DNA of 59,705 bases, counting the filler, from Globobulimina sp. (taxonomy: Eukaryota): assembly GCA_003354225.1 (NCBI GenBank). It is 9 parts of 9 records of this genome, joined end to end, with 100 filler letters (N's around TTAATTAATTAA, not from the genome) between each part and the next. Parts side by side here need not be neighbours in the genome. Positions count along the whole stretch, not along the records: positions 39,909 to 46,441 come from PIVH01000280.1; positions 46,542 to 53,073 come from PIVH01000281.1; positions 53,174 to 59,705 come from PIVH01000282.1; 6 more parts are not named here. One strand, 5' to 3'. The position numbers were made by a program, and so were the translations under genes. Each line of letters begins with the position of its first letter. The stretch's first letter is position 1. Shown piece after piece: positions 44,312 to 56,220 of the stretch. The notes below the pieces were generated by a model, which saw nothing but the letters and a program-made list of their open reading frames with translations, was not told where the DNA came from and did not search any database.

Positions 44312-45996
44312 ATGGCAGATATAGAGTTGCAAGAACGTATTGAGTTGGAAGAGAAAGCATTATTGGTTGTAGATAATGAACACCAATCCAATGTGGAAGA
44401 GCTGGTATCTCTCAGTGCTCTCATATATACAGATCGAAACCTATCAACCACCAAATCATATCATAACAATAAACAGGAATCAAATGTTAATGAGGTTGCA
44501 GTGCCGACAAAATACAGCGGAATACCTGGAGCCACCATGAATTTTGTCAATTCAATGTTTCGTTTCTTATAATTACGTTATATATATATTTATCCATAAA
44601 TGAATAATGTAATACAAATCCAGTGTTGGTGCAGGCATCATAGGTTAACTTATATTAAGTAATTTTATTATTTCTTGTAATATGTTTTATTACTTAGGAC
44701 TCCCGAATGCGTTGCTTAAATGTTAAATTATTTTATTATTGCTTTTGCACATAAATGCATTTATTGTTTAGCTGGCTTTGCATTCGGTTTATTCTTAATG
44801 GTTATTGTTGCATTGATTGTAGACTATGGAGTCAGTCAATTAATTAAATGCGGTTTGAAAATCCGAAAAAACTCATATGAAGAAACCATGCAATATGCAT
44901 TTGGCAACACAGGTTTTTACATTGCATCATTGTCTATATTTTCATTTGCCTTCGGTATAATGATAATATATCATGTAATTATCGGTGATACCATTCCAAA
45001 TATATTCAAAACTTTATATCCGAACTCCATTTTGTGTAACAGAGCATTGGTGGTTTTCTTGTATTCCATATTGTTTATTTTACCATTATCTTTATTGAAG
45101 AATATGGCGTCTTTGGATAAAACCTCTTCACTCTCAATGCTGTCGGTGATATTTATTGTATTTACTGTAACTGTCAAAGCAATCCACATCTCATCGTATG
45201 ACGATTTGAGTGGGTTAAAAGCAAAACATTTGATTTTCAATCAACAGTGGTTTGCTGCTATCGGGATTATGGCCTCTGCGGTAATTAAGTTTATATATTT
45301 ATAACTTCTGACTTTCAAAAATAAATAATATGTATATACTGTACACAGTTTGTATGTCACCATAATTCGTTTATTGTTTTCAATTCATTGCGTAATAAGA
45401 CACAAAAACGATGGAATATCACTACTCATTCTTCAGTGGGGATATCATTGTTTGTGTCAATGTGGGTAGCTATTGTTGGCTTTGTTTGTTTTCAGACAGA
45501 TACAAAAGGAGACATATTAAACAATTTTAGTGATAGCGACACTGTGATAAATTGTACGAGAGCGGTTCTGGCAGCAACCATGGTTTTTACATATCCGTTG
45601 GAATTATTTGTTGCGAGGCACTCATTGATACAATGTTTGAAATTAAGGAAAAGCATAAATACACGAAATGAGAATAAATGGTTTTATTCGCTCACGATTG
45701 TGTTATGGATCATGTCTTTGTTAATTGGAGCATTTGTGTCTGATTTGGGCATTGTTTTGGAACTTGTTGGAGTTGTTTGTGGTGCTTTGATTGGATTTAT
45801 TTTCCCGGGATTAGTATTTCTGAAAATTTACGGATATCAGCATTTGAAAAATAATATGGTTCAAACATATGCGGAGAATAAAACAGTGAAAGATAAATGT
45901 ACGGCTTGGTCGCATTTCTTATTTCCGATATTTATGACTTTGTTTGGTGTTCTAATTATGATCATGGGATCGATTCAAATATTCATGAACCTGTAA
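44312..45996 (+). CDS. Amino-acid transporter (Aa_trans / SLC38A11-like), multiple introns
   Basis: GATMNFVNS|VGAGII|GLP.A, SYEE, YHVIIGDT, FVCHHNSF, KGDILNNF and FTYPLE.FVAR. Confidence 0.9.
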
Positions 45997-46239
45997 ACTG
46001 TAAACTGTCTACCTTTGTTAAATAGTGAATCGTTTTCAGTCCGATAATCTGAAAGCAAACCCTTGCAAATTTATACAAATCTTCAGGAATTGTACAGGAA
46101 ATGGAAAATTATTAATTATATAAAAATACGTTTGAAAAAAACAAAAAAAAAACTAACGATATGCATCCTGTACACCTTTGGGTGCCAGGATAAATATTCT
46201 TGAATATTAAGTCATATAATTTTAGTTATAATAGAATGC

Positions 46240-46441
46240 TTACAGATTAATTGCCGCATTTTCATCTGACGAGTCAACATATTTAACATTGCGATATTGC
46301 GTATATTTCCTTTGTTTACTATTACTACACCACACATATGCGATTACCAACACATTCAACGCCAACGAGAATACAATTAAATAATCTCTATAATCATTAA
46401 ACCAATTTTTAATTTTCACACCATTATCAATATCATGGTAA
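46240..46441 (-). CDS. C-terminal fragment of a single-pass membrane protein
   Basis: Open from the contig edge: YHDIDNG...YLIVFSLALNVLVIAYVWC.NSKQRKY...AAINL*. Confidence 0.5.
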
Positions 46442-46541
46442 NNNNNNNNNNNNNNNNNNNNNNNNNNNNNNNNNNNNNNNNNNNNTTAATTAATTAANNN
46501 NNNNNNNNNNNNNNNNNNNNNNNNNNNNNNNNNNNNNNNNN
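46442..46541. other. Artificial contig spacer
   Basis: 44N + TTAATTAATTAA + 44N. Confidence 0.99.
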
Positions 46542-46745
46542 GCCGCTGTTGAAGCCGCCGAGTCCATCGGGTCCATGCATGCTCAGGGCCCGCTCTGGCA
46601 TGTTTGCGTTTTCTGTAGCGATCCCAATTCGTGGGGTTCGCGGTGGGTCGAGATAGGTGACAATCGCCTGAAGGTTTGTTGTTGCCTGTTCAGGCGAGAC
46701 ATTACCCCCGGTTGCGGTTACAGCAAGTACATCAAGGCGCGGGAT
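46542..46745 (-). CDS. Bacterial nucleoside hydrolase (IU-NH family) internal fragment
   Basis: PRLDVLAVTATGGNVSPEQATTNL...PRIG...HGPDGLG, GC-rich. Confidence 0.8.
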
Positions 46746-47927
46746 GAACGGGTGGCCGCCCTTAAAGAAGCTAAGCGCCAGCAGGATGAAGAAATTTGCC
46801 GCGTTGAGGCGTTTATCAATCGGTTTCGCTATCAGGCAAATAAGGCTTCGCAGGTCCAGAGCCGGGTCAAACAGTTGGAGAAGATTGAACGGATCTCTTT
46901 GCCTCCAGGGCGAAAAAAGATTGCTTTTACTTTTCCGCAACCCCCCAAGAGCGGAAGAATGGTCCTGGAGCTTTTCAAAGCGTCACAGCAGTATGGTGAG
47001 CTGCTGGTTCTGAATCAAGTGGATGTGCAGATCGAGCAAGGAGAGCGGGTAGCGCTGGTTGGTCCCAATGGGGCGGGAAAGTCGACTTTGATGCGATTGT
47101 TAGCGGGGGTGGAAAAATCTGTCGCCGGGGAACGAAAAGAAGGGCATAATCTGCATCTGGCTTATTTCGCCCAGGACCAGGCCCGTGAATTGAATTCGGC
47201 GCGGAATGTCTTCGACGAACTCTGTGCCGATGCCCCGGTGCCGATGGTGCCGAAACTGCGCAATATCCTAGGGGCGTTCCTGTTCTCCGGGGATGAGGTC
47301 GAAAAACCGGTCAATGTGCTCTCCGGCGGTGAACGCAATCGACTGGCTCTGGCCAAGTTGCTGTTGCGTCCGGCCAACCTGTTGTTGCTTGATGAACCGA
47401 CCAATCATCTGGATCTGCAATCGAAACAGGTGCTGCTCGATTCACTAAAGGGATACCAGGGTACCATCGTCTTTGTTTCCCATGATCGCTATTTTGTTGA
47501 TGAACTGGCAACTCGGGTTCTGGAAGTCGGTCGTGGAAAAGTCGAATCCTATCAGGGCAATTACGAAGACTTTCTGGGCGAAAAACAGCGCTTTGGCGAT
47601 CTCAGTCACAGCGCGCAACGGGTCGAACAGCATCTCCAGCAGCCGACTGGTGTGGCCGTCCCCGAAAAAGAACTGCGCTTGCAAGGGCATGCTGATCGTA
47701 AAGAGCAGAAGCGGCGCGAACAGAAACGGCTGCGAGATTTGACGGCCATTGAAACCCGGATCGAAATCCTGGAAACCAGACTGGCAGAGTTGGAACAGCG
47801 GATGGCAGAACCTGAGCTATACCAGGACCAGGTCCACTGGCGGCAGGTCAGCCAGGAGCATGCCGCCCTGAAAGAAGAGTTGGCGCAGGCCTACCAACAA
47901 TGGGAAGGATTGCAGGAATCGGCATGA
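46716..47927 (+). CDS. Bacterial ABC-F ribosome-associated ATPase, C-terminal half only
   Basis: Linker GYSKY...FINRFRYQANKASQVQSRVK, then GPNGAGKST, LSGGE, LDEPTNHLD, VSHDRYF and a coiled-coil tail. GC-rich and intronless, with the first ABC domain absent. Confidence 0.93.
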   Translation, partial: GYSKYIKARDERVAALKEAKRQQDEEICRVEAFINRFRYQANKASQVQSRVKQLEKIERISLPPGRKKIAFTFPQPPKSGRMVLELFKASQQYGELLVLNQVDVQIEQGERVALVGPNGAGKSTLMRLLAGVEKSVAGERKEGHNLHLAYFAQDQARELNSARNVFDELCADAPVPMVPKLRNILGAFLFSGDEVEKPVNVLSGGERNRLALAKLLLRPANLLLLDEPTNHLDLQSKQVLLDSLKGYQGTIVFVSHDRYFVDELATRVLEVGRGKVESYQGNYEDFLGEKQRFGDLSHSAQRVEQHLQQPTGVAVPEKELRLQGHADRKEQKRREQKRLRDLTAIETRIEILETRLAELEQRMAEPELYQDQVHWRQVSQEHAALKEELAQAYQQWEGLQESA

Positions 47928-47949
47928 TCGAAAACCCGCCATAGGTTGC

Positions 47950-48408
47950 GGATGTTGCTTTCATGCAACCAAAGCAATCAATAACTTCACCAATGCCATC
48001 ATTATAAACTGTCAATGTCCTTAATAGCACCATAAGTTCTTTGATTTTGAATACATGCTCGATTTTATTAAATCGGATCGATTTTATATTCTCTGAAAAT
48101 AAAAATGAATTGTTGTTGTTATTAATTATGTATAATTTGCCACTCATATCATCATAAGTAACCTCGATATTATTCTCAACACAGCCCGCTAACCAGGCTC
48201 CTTTCCAGAATTCGGGTGATTCCAATGCTATTTTGTCAATTAATATTCTACCACTTAATGACATACAATTTGCGTCTTGTTTTAACTCTTCATCGTTTTT
48301 GTGTTGTTCTGCATTCTCGACCAATTCTTCATCATTTTTTAACTTCCAAAAAGGAAGTCCTGCTGGGCCCGGAATACGTCGTTTCTTCTCTGCGGATTTA
48401 CAAGACAT
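47950..48408 (-). CDS. HROB: HROB/MCM8IP-like OB-fold protein, 3'-truncated at the junction with bacterial DNA
   Basis: RRIPGPAG and KIKELMVLLRTL...IDCFGCMKAT resemble HROB (RRFPGPAG; KV..M.V.IKSL...DPTGEM.GT). The similarity ends abruptly at the GC shift. Confidence 0.65.
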
Positions 48409-48434
48409 GTTTGAGTCTGACAAGGTAAAGTTTT

Positions 48435-49037
48435 TTAAGTTTTTTTATAAAGCATTTGTTGTATTAATTTGTCGTTAAACGTTTCTTTGATCAGTTCGAA
48501 ATCAAAACTGGTTTCAAATGAATATAATGCTTTCTTTATGGTTTCCAAAGGCTCAAAATATATTGACACAACTTTTTGATCCTTTACACCACATTTTTTT
48601 ACTGTGTCACTGTATTCGTTTGGCAGTGTTGTGCAATATATTACAAGTCCTTTTGCCGGAATTTGGTTATTATAAATCTTGCAAATGTTTATTGTTTCCA
48701 ATATCGATGATCTAGCACTCAAGACACGCACTCTACTCTTCAAGTTGTGGATATACATTAAATCTGTCCGCAAATTTTTAATGTAGTTTGCTATTTCCGC
48801 GTGTGGTTCAATATGAATAGAAATGCAAGTTCCATGTCCTCCTATCATATTCAACAATGGCTTGATCTTTTTATACAAATTCCATTCTTGTTTGTTATAA
48901 TAAAATGATAAACAAATCCATTTTATTGGTCCGGGTATTGAATAACCAGCATGCGGATTTTCCAATTGATGGATATATCCTAACACCAGATATGTGACAG
49001 AATCGTCAACTGATTGCAATTGCTTTGATAGCAACAT
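48435..49037 (-). CDS. Stand-alone divergent eRF1 N-terminal domain protein
   Basis: GHGTCISI...HNLKSRV...IPAKGLVIYC...VSIYFEP...LYSFETSF aligns with eRF1 domain 1. The ORF stops before any GGQ domain. Confidence 0.8.
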   Translation of the reverse strand: MLLSKQLQSVDDSVTYLVLGYIHQLENPHAGYSIPGPIKWICLSFYYNKQEWNLYKKIKPLLNMIGGHGTCISIHIEPHAEIANYIKNLRTDLMYIHNLKSRVRVLSARSSILETINICKIYNNQIPAKGLVIYCTTLPNEYSDTVKKCGVKDQKVVSIYFEPLETIKKALYSFETSFDFELIKETFNDKLIQQMLYKKT

Positions 49038-49085
49038 TGTTTCAAAATACTTACAAAGTAAAAAAACAGCAAAAACATCTGCGGC

Positions 49086-52000
49086 ATGACTGACAAAAAT
49101 ACTATAATATCGGCATATGGGTTGGATATCTCATCAACCACTATCAAATGGGAAGGCTGGCGACCGAATAAAAAATATTCGGATAACATAGTCATCTCCA
49201 ACCTCAACACGAAAACAGTTAATATCAAAATAAAAGCCTTACCAAAATCAAAGTATTTCCAAGTCAATGATAACAATAACGACATAGTAAAAATCCGCGG
49301 TGGTCATTCCAAAAAAATCAACATTAATTTCCTGCCTTTAGAAATCCAAAATTATTCCGATCAAATACTGTTCGCAATTTGTCCAAACAACAGTTGTGAG
49401 GAAAGCAATGAAATTACAATATCCTTAAACGCCGATATTCCAAAAACGTCATTACAAATTCCATCAGAAATTGATTTCGGTTTTTTGGCAGTTAAAGAAG
49501 AGGCAAATGTACAGTTTGAAATGATTAACAATGGCGATACTCAGCTAAATTTCAATTGGATTGCTACAAATTCGCCATTGGTTTTTACGCCAAACACTGG
49601 AATCATTAATAACAAATCGCAAATAATAAATATTCAATTTACTCCGCAAAGTGCGAGTTGCGTAGAAATGAAGGTTCCTTTACAAATAAATATAAATAAC
49701 AACAACAAACACAAGGAAATCATGTATATGACAGTCAAAGCAATCTGCACTTATCCATTTTTTAAGATATCCACAGACATTGTCGATATGGGCGCCATTT
49801 CAATCGGTGACTGCAAGAGGAAAAAACTAAAAATTGAAAATTGTTCACCTGTTTCTGCACTAATTCATATAAAAAATGATAAAAATATTAACAAGAATTC
49901 CAACAATAATGAGAATAAAATAGAGAGTGTATTTAGTATCAATCCCAATTCTTTGATTAAGATAAAAAAACACTCCTTCATAGAAATAGAAATACAATTT
50001 AAGCCCAGAACAGTCGGTGTCAAATACACAGAACATTACATAATTGATACGTTGTGCGGATATAAAGTCCGATTTCAAATAAACGGCAAAGCGGATTCTC
50101 CCAAAATTAGCACGGATGTGAATTTAATAAATTTTAAATCTGTGGAAATTAATAAATTCAAAACAGATACATTTATTTTAACAAACCATTCTTCCATCGA
50201 CAGTCATTTTGAATTTATGAATTGCGGTGAATCGGAAATCAGCAAATCTTCATTTATTTTATCGCCAAAAAGAGGCAAAATCTTTGCAAACGAAGCTGTT
50301 GTAATCACTGTACGTTTTAAACCAAATAATGTCATGTTGTATGGCAAAGAGATTTATTGTACGATACATCATCACATTCCATTATTTATACAGCTAATTG
50401 GCGTTGGTATTGATGATAAAACAAAGTTTATTTTGGAGCCACAATTTAATAAATTAGAAAATGAAATAATTCAGAAATTGGAAACAAATAAAATCAAAAA
50501 AACAGATAAATATTACACCAATATGTCGCATAAATTATTTACAAAGTTATTTGACGAAAATGCATCGGAAAAATATATGAAAATATCTACAAATATCATT
50601 GAATTTGAATCATGTTCGTTGTCGCAAGGAATTGCTCCATATCATGACATCACATTATTTAACGTTGACAAAACAAACTTAATTTCGATAAAATGGGACA
50701 TTGAATCAACAAATAAAAATAACAAAAGCAATAAAAGAAAAGCAGAGTTTGCAGTATTTCCGCCTTTTATGGATATTCGAGCCTTATCTTCTGCGGATTT
50801 CAGTGCTGCATTTCAACCAACTATGGATTTAATGTATTTTTATGAATGTATTGATTGTTATTATTTTTATAAAAACAATGACAAGAAACTGGCATTAAAG
50901 TGTGCGTCCATTGACTTATTTGGCCATAGTTTTGGTGCTAAATCAACCAATCATTTTGATGCAAATGTAGCATTATCGACAAATGTCATTGAATTCACGC
51001 CGTGCTCGCTTGGTTCATCTATTTATGCCACTATTAAAATTAGAAACTTATCTGATAAATATCCAACAATTTGGAAAATAGAAAATGAAGAAAAAAAAGA
51101 AAATGAAGAGCATAAATCATTTGATTTTTATCCAATTCAAGGATATATTCCCCCAAATACTTTCCAATTAATTGTCACGAAATTTAAACCATTAAAACAA
51201 GGAATAACTACATTTAGTACAAATATCAAATTTAATCAAAGCGAGAATAACCTAAAACCGCTACAATTAATTGGCATTGCAGTGGAACCAAAGCTACATT
51301 TTAAAAATAATGAAATTTATGTAATTCCGACCTGTATTGGCATGACAAGTATTGAACATATTCAATTATATAACTACTCCCCAATCCCAATACATTATGA
51401 ATGGAAAATACCTGAACAATATTTAAAAGATAACATTATTTCACTTGAACCAATGAATGGCATTTTGGATATAAATGAGAAAAAAAAATCAATTTTAAGG
51501 TTTTCGCCAAATAAATTGTCGGGAAACTATGTGATTGAATGTCAATGTTACTATGGGAATACAACGGAAATGGGATATTTTGAGACATTGAAAATTAATG
51601 CATGTTGCAACCAATCAATTATCGAATTTATACCAAAACAATCTGATTTCAATTCCATTTTAATTGACTGTCAAACCACAAAATCTGTTTCCATTCAAAA
51701 TAACGCGGACTGTCAACTAAATTGCGATTTTTATATTGAACCAAATAGCCCTAATTCCGAAATAAAACCAAGTAGAAATAATTTATATATCCCTCCCAAA
51801 ACCAGAAAACAATTAGAATTGGACATAAATGCAATACATCCGGGAATGCATGAATATAAATTAATTGCCAAAGTCAAAAGAATTGACGGTAATGGCAGTA
51901 TTAACTCGCTGTCAGACATCAAATTCAATGCAATTTGGCCAACTTTGAGTGTTATTGATATTCAGTGCAATGATATGTTATTAAGCAAAGAAAATCTATG

Positions 52001-53073
52001 GTCAAAATTTTCAATTAATGAGTTAAACAAAACGTTTTTAAGCGATTTAACAAAGTTTGAAAGAAATTGGAATAATGTTAATGTTGAAAAAGAAAATATG
52101 GTCGGAAACGATAATTTGAATAACATTTTAAAACTTAAATTTGCAAATATTTCATTCAATTTTGGCACAAAACAGTTATATGAATACATGTACAAAGATA
52201 ATGAAACGAAAATATTGTTGAAGGTATATAATAAAAGCTCAATCTCCGCGACTATAAATTTAAAATCTGTAAATCAATTATTGTGTAAACCAGAACATTG
52301 GGTCGAAAATAATAATAAAAACTGCAATGATGAAAATGATAATTATTTATTTGAGATTGAACCAAAACATTTCGAATTGGAAGCAAACAAATCTCAAATT
52401 GTATCATTTACATATTGTCACAAAATGTGCGGTGAACATCAAACCAAAATATTACTATCAATACAAAATGGAAAACAAATCACATTGAATTTATTTGGCG
52501 AAACCACTGCAAATAATTACTATCCTCGCTTATCAATACCATTTAATACAATTTATCTAAAATCGCAACAAATCGGTTTATTGAACAAAGACATTGTAAC
52601 ACAATTTGTGCCAATTAAGAATTTATCAAATCATGATTTACTTTATTCGGTTGATACCAATTCTGTCAATAAAATAAATAATGAAAATTATAATTTTAAC
52701 ATATTCCAAGTTATGAATTTGCAGGGAATTATAAAAAAAAATGAAACCATATATTTACAAATGACATTCCAGCCAATTGAAGTTAAAAAATATTCATTTA
52801 ATTTAAGAATTAACGCAGAAATAAACGACAAAGAAATTGAAAATCCAGAAGCTACATTCATTAATATAGCAATTGTTGCGAATGGTATCAATAACAATGA
52901 TGCTGTGGCTGTCGAGGATGAATGTTTTGGCCGAATGTATGATATAAAAAACATGATAAAATTACCAAATTGCAATGGTAGATTATCGACTCAAGTGTTG
53001 AATTTTGGTGTTATTCCGTTACGAGCGAACATTCGGAAATTTATTACGATTTATAATGAACGAAAGGATTGCT
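49086..53073 (+). CDS. CFAP65: Cilia- and flagella-associated protein 65-like (tandem ASH/Ig-like domains), 3'-partial
   Basis: N-terminal WEGW.P...Y...I...N.....KI...LPKSKYF and repeated IDFG/INF...N...F.I.P..G modules over more than 1300 aa. Confidence 0.75.
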
Positions 53074-53173
53074 NNNNNNNNNNNNNNNNNNNNNNNNNNN
53101 NNNNNNNNNNNNNNNNNTTAATTAATTAANNNNNNNNNNNNNNNNNNNNNNNNNNNNNNNNNNNNNNNNNNNN
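53074..53173. other. Artificial contig spacer
   Basis: 44N + TTAATTAATTAA + 44N. Confidence 0.99.
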
Positions 53174-53217
53174 CGAATTCGAACGCCGACAACCAATTAT
53201 TCAAAGAAATATTATCA

Positions 53218-54414
53218 TTGCGGATGGAGTCCCGCTCAGAGATCACAGCCTTAACCGGCGACCACAACCAACATTTTAGCGACCGCAAGTTCCACAGCGC
53301 AGAGCAGAAAAATAAAAATCAGGGCCACATTGGAAGGGGCCATGTTTGCCCGTTGAAGGCCAAAAATAAGCATATAAACAGGAACAGATTTGTATTCATG
53401 GCGGACATTCACGTGGAGCCATGGTATAACCCCGACGGCACTTCGTATGTTACGCGGTTTGCCGGCTATTCTGCGGATAATATGTTTGAATGTCGCGATA
53501 AAAATGGCCATTCGCTGGACGTGGCGCATGAATGTACGCTGACCGGCTTCAGTGATCCGCCCATAACCTTATTTGCGTCGGCTTTGCATGCCTGGAATAT
53601 GTACGCTCGGCGCCCGGAGGAATCCGTGCTGTTTTTCGTTGGCGACGCCCAGGCGCACTCCTTCCTGCCTTCGGAGGACGCCATCGAGTCGCTGATGTTC
53701 TCTCTGATCGATAGCATGTTATATTACTTCGAACCGGACGGCATTTATATAGCGGCGGGCAACAATGACGGACCGCACAATGCCATATTTAGCAACAACG
53801 GCGACGTCGGTTTGATCGCAGCGTGGGCGCAGACCCTGGTTAGTACCGGAATTGTGAATAATATTCAAATGCCGGATCGGAAGTATCTGATTTATGACGA
53901 GTTTTATGATACGGTTTCGTTGTTTGTTCGGACCGGATATTATATGAAACCGCTGAGTAAGATCCATGACAACTATTTTGTGATTGTGTTGAACACAAAC
54001 TTGGGGAGTTTGAATCCGACGCAACAAATGGCGCTGGAGTTTGATTTGTCATTCGTGCAGAGTTTGGGTGGAAAGGTGACGATTTTGGGACATCATCCGT
54101 CTGTTTTGGAGAATATGATACCAGCCATTTATTTGGATTCTGTGAGTGAGCCAATAAAGGAGGAGAATGACATCATTTTGGGTTTGTTTAGCGGCCACAT
54201 TCATTACTTTTCGCCTACGAATCAACGCGGATTCACGACGTTGCCGGCAATGACGCAGTTTGCGCCCTATTCTGCTTTCGCTATGGCCGATATTCAGGAT
54301 TTTGCAATGGAGGATGGTGACAGCAGCAAAAAAAGAATCAAACTCACAAATGAGAATATTTTGATGTATGTCGCCAATGACCATCAATTAGTTGACAGCC
54401 ATTGTTGGCAATAA
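53218..54414 (+). CDS. Calcineurin-like metallophosphoesterase, acid-sphingomyelinase-like; probably 5'-partial
   Basis: DIH, GD...H, GNND, GHHP and GHIH motifs in canonical order. Confidence 0.85.
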   Translation: MRMESRSEITALTGDHNQHFSDRKFHSAEQKNKNQGHIGRGHVCPLKAKNKHINRNRFVFMADIHVEPWYNPDGTSYVTRFAGYSADNMFECRDKNGHSLDVAHECTLTGFSDPPITLFASALHAWNMYARRPEESVLFFVGDAQAHSFLPSEDAIESLMFSLIDSMLYYFEPDGIYIAAGNNDGPHNAIFSNNGDVGLIAAWAQTLVSTGIVNNIQMPDRKYLIYDEFYDTVSLFVRTGYYMKPLSKIHDNYFVIVLNTNLGSLNPTQQMALEFDLSFVQSLGGKVTILGHHPSVLENMIPAIYLDSVSEPIKEENDIILGLFSGHIHYFSPTNQRGFTTLPAMTQFAPYSAFAMADIQDFAMEDGDSSKKRIKLTNENILMYVANDHQLVDSHCWQ

Positions 54415-54545
54415 AATGTTAATATAGTTTTAGTAATTTTTTTTGTTCGATTAAATTGTCCATTTTTTTGAAATTTCTCCACCAGAAAGAAATTAACGGC
54501 AACATAGCAAGTATTAAATAATAAAAAAAGAAAAACAAAAACACT

Positions 54546-55941
54546 TTATGTAAATTGCAGCCATAATTTCTTTGTCTCATTGTCATTAAACTGCGGAATA
54601 AAATCGATATTAACAATTTCATGCAATCCTTCCTCCAAATGAGGCGGCTCATTTTCGCGCACTTTCTTATAAAAAATATTGTAAACCATGCCGGGAATCC
54701 TTTTCGTTTGGCCCTTTGTGAGCGTCTCCCGAACCAAATTCATATGTTCTGCGACGTCCCTCGCTGTGCTCATATTAAATAGTCGGATTTTTGCTCGATT
54801 TGCTTGTCCGATTTTAATATATGCTTCGCGCGCTTTGTAATCCGGATTTGTATTGTCAATCACCACATTTTTCTTGTTTTGCAATGCTTTTTTTGTGGCG
54901 TCCAAACATTTTCTTTTCGTTTTCAACGTGTCCCGATTTATCCATTCGTATCCTTGTGACACTAAATATTGTTTCGCAAATGTCGACTTCCCACAACCCG
55001 GCGGGCCTCGCATCAAAACCATATCTAAATTGCCGGTCTTTGCAATTGGCAAATTGCCGTGGAACCAATTTTTTTCATCTTTTAGGCGCGCGGAATCATT
55101 TTCTTTTCTTTCCACATATTCTGTCGGATTCAATGAGAGCCAGTTCCATGTTTTACATTCTGTCTCTTGCAAAAAATATGGCTCCGGTGTATGAAATGCA
55201 ATACCTACGTTATGCGCAAATTTCCTATCTGTTAATTCCAAAAAAAAGAGTTTAGTAAAACTTAGTAAGACTTAGTAAGATAATGCATGGCGACGTACCG
55301 GAGCAAGAGAAATCTTTCTTTGTCGTCTTACTCCTCCATCCTTTTGGCCTTCCCGCAGCATCGCCGCAATAAAAGGACAAATTATAATCAATTCTGACGT
55401 TGTTATTATAATTATTGGCAAAATAATGCCACATTGCGGTGTTTGGTTTCCTCCAATGATCTTTCTGTATGGTTAGGAATGCAAATATCGGTATTTCTAA
55501 TTCTTGGGACAGATCGATGATTTTTCCAGCTACGGAGTCGAGCGATTGTTTGCCGGCGCCAATTCCATTCTGATTCGAGAATATTACAATTTGATAGCCG
55601 TTGTTATGAATTTGCTTCAATTTCTTTGGAACTGTTTTGGTGTCAAACATCCAGACCCAATCTTTCCTGCCTTTGGGAAACTTATTCTTTCCTTTCGGTT
55701 TAATTAATGTCCAATCCATGTCAAAGGCGGCGATTTTGGCCGAACCCACAATTTGATCATGGTCTGCTGCAATAATTGCAATTGTCTCATATTCCCGCAC
55801 TTGTAAATCAAACATATTCTTTTCTTCCTCCTCTTTTCGTTTTTTTTTATCTGCTACGCGACGTGATTTCTTCCGTGGTGGTCCTACGTCTTCATCGGAT
55901 TCGCTCTCTATCTCTTTTAATGCACGTTTCTTTCTTGGCAT
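54546..55941 (-). CDS. PNKP: Polynucleotide kinase 3'-phosphatase, one intron (55229-55298)
   Basis: HAD motif FDMDWTL, SNQ.GI, WRKP, GDAAGR, DFSCS|DRKFA, P-loop GPPGCGKST, NRDTL and IDNTN. Confidence 0.96.
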
Positions 55942-56220
55942 GGTCAGCGGAGATGTTATACGCGGATAGCTTTGTTTTTTGTCAAAAAAACAGTCAACTC
56001 TGCCAGTCTTCACATTTTCTGATCTTTGCTGACAATCCGTTCAACAAAGTCTTGACATTTAGCAAAATACGTTTAAAACTAGCTATCGAAAGCAACAATT
56101 TAAATCACGAATAACTCGATAACACATAATTACAAACAAACAAACAACAAAAACAGAACGAACGTGTCCCGTGCTGTTATTTTTAATTGTTGACATACAA
56201 AAATCCCCAAATATAGCAAT

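Noticed and set aside
46575-46715. N-terminus of the 450-aa ABC-F ORF, and the 46494-46940 ORF as a whole
   Set aside because: These frames read across the junction. Each is partly the antisense of the other gene.
6568-53173. Regularly spaced TTAATTAATTAA motifs every ~6.65 kb as a biological repeat, and co-location of Polinton, DIRS, Crypton and Tc1 genes as one system
   Set aside because: These are artificial spacers between size-sorted contigs, so adjacency across them has no meaning. ORFs running into X residues are artefacts.
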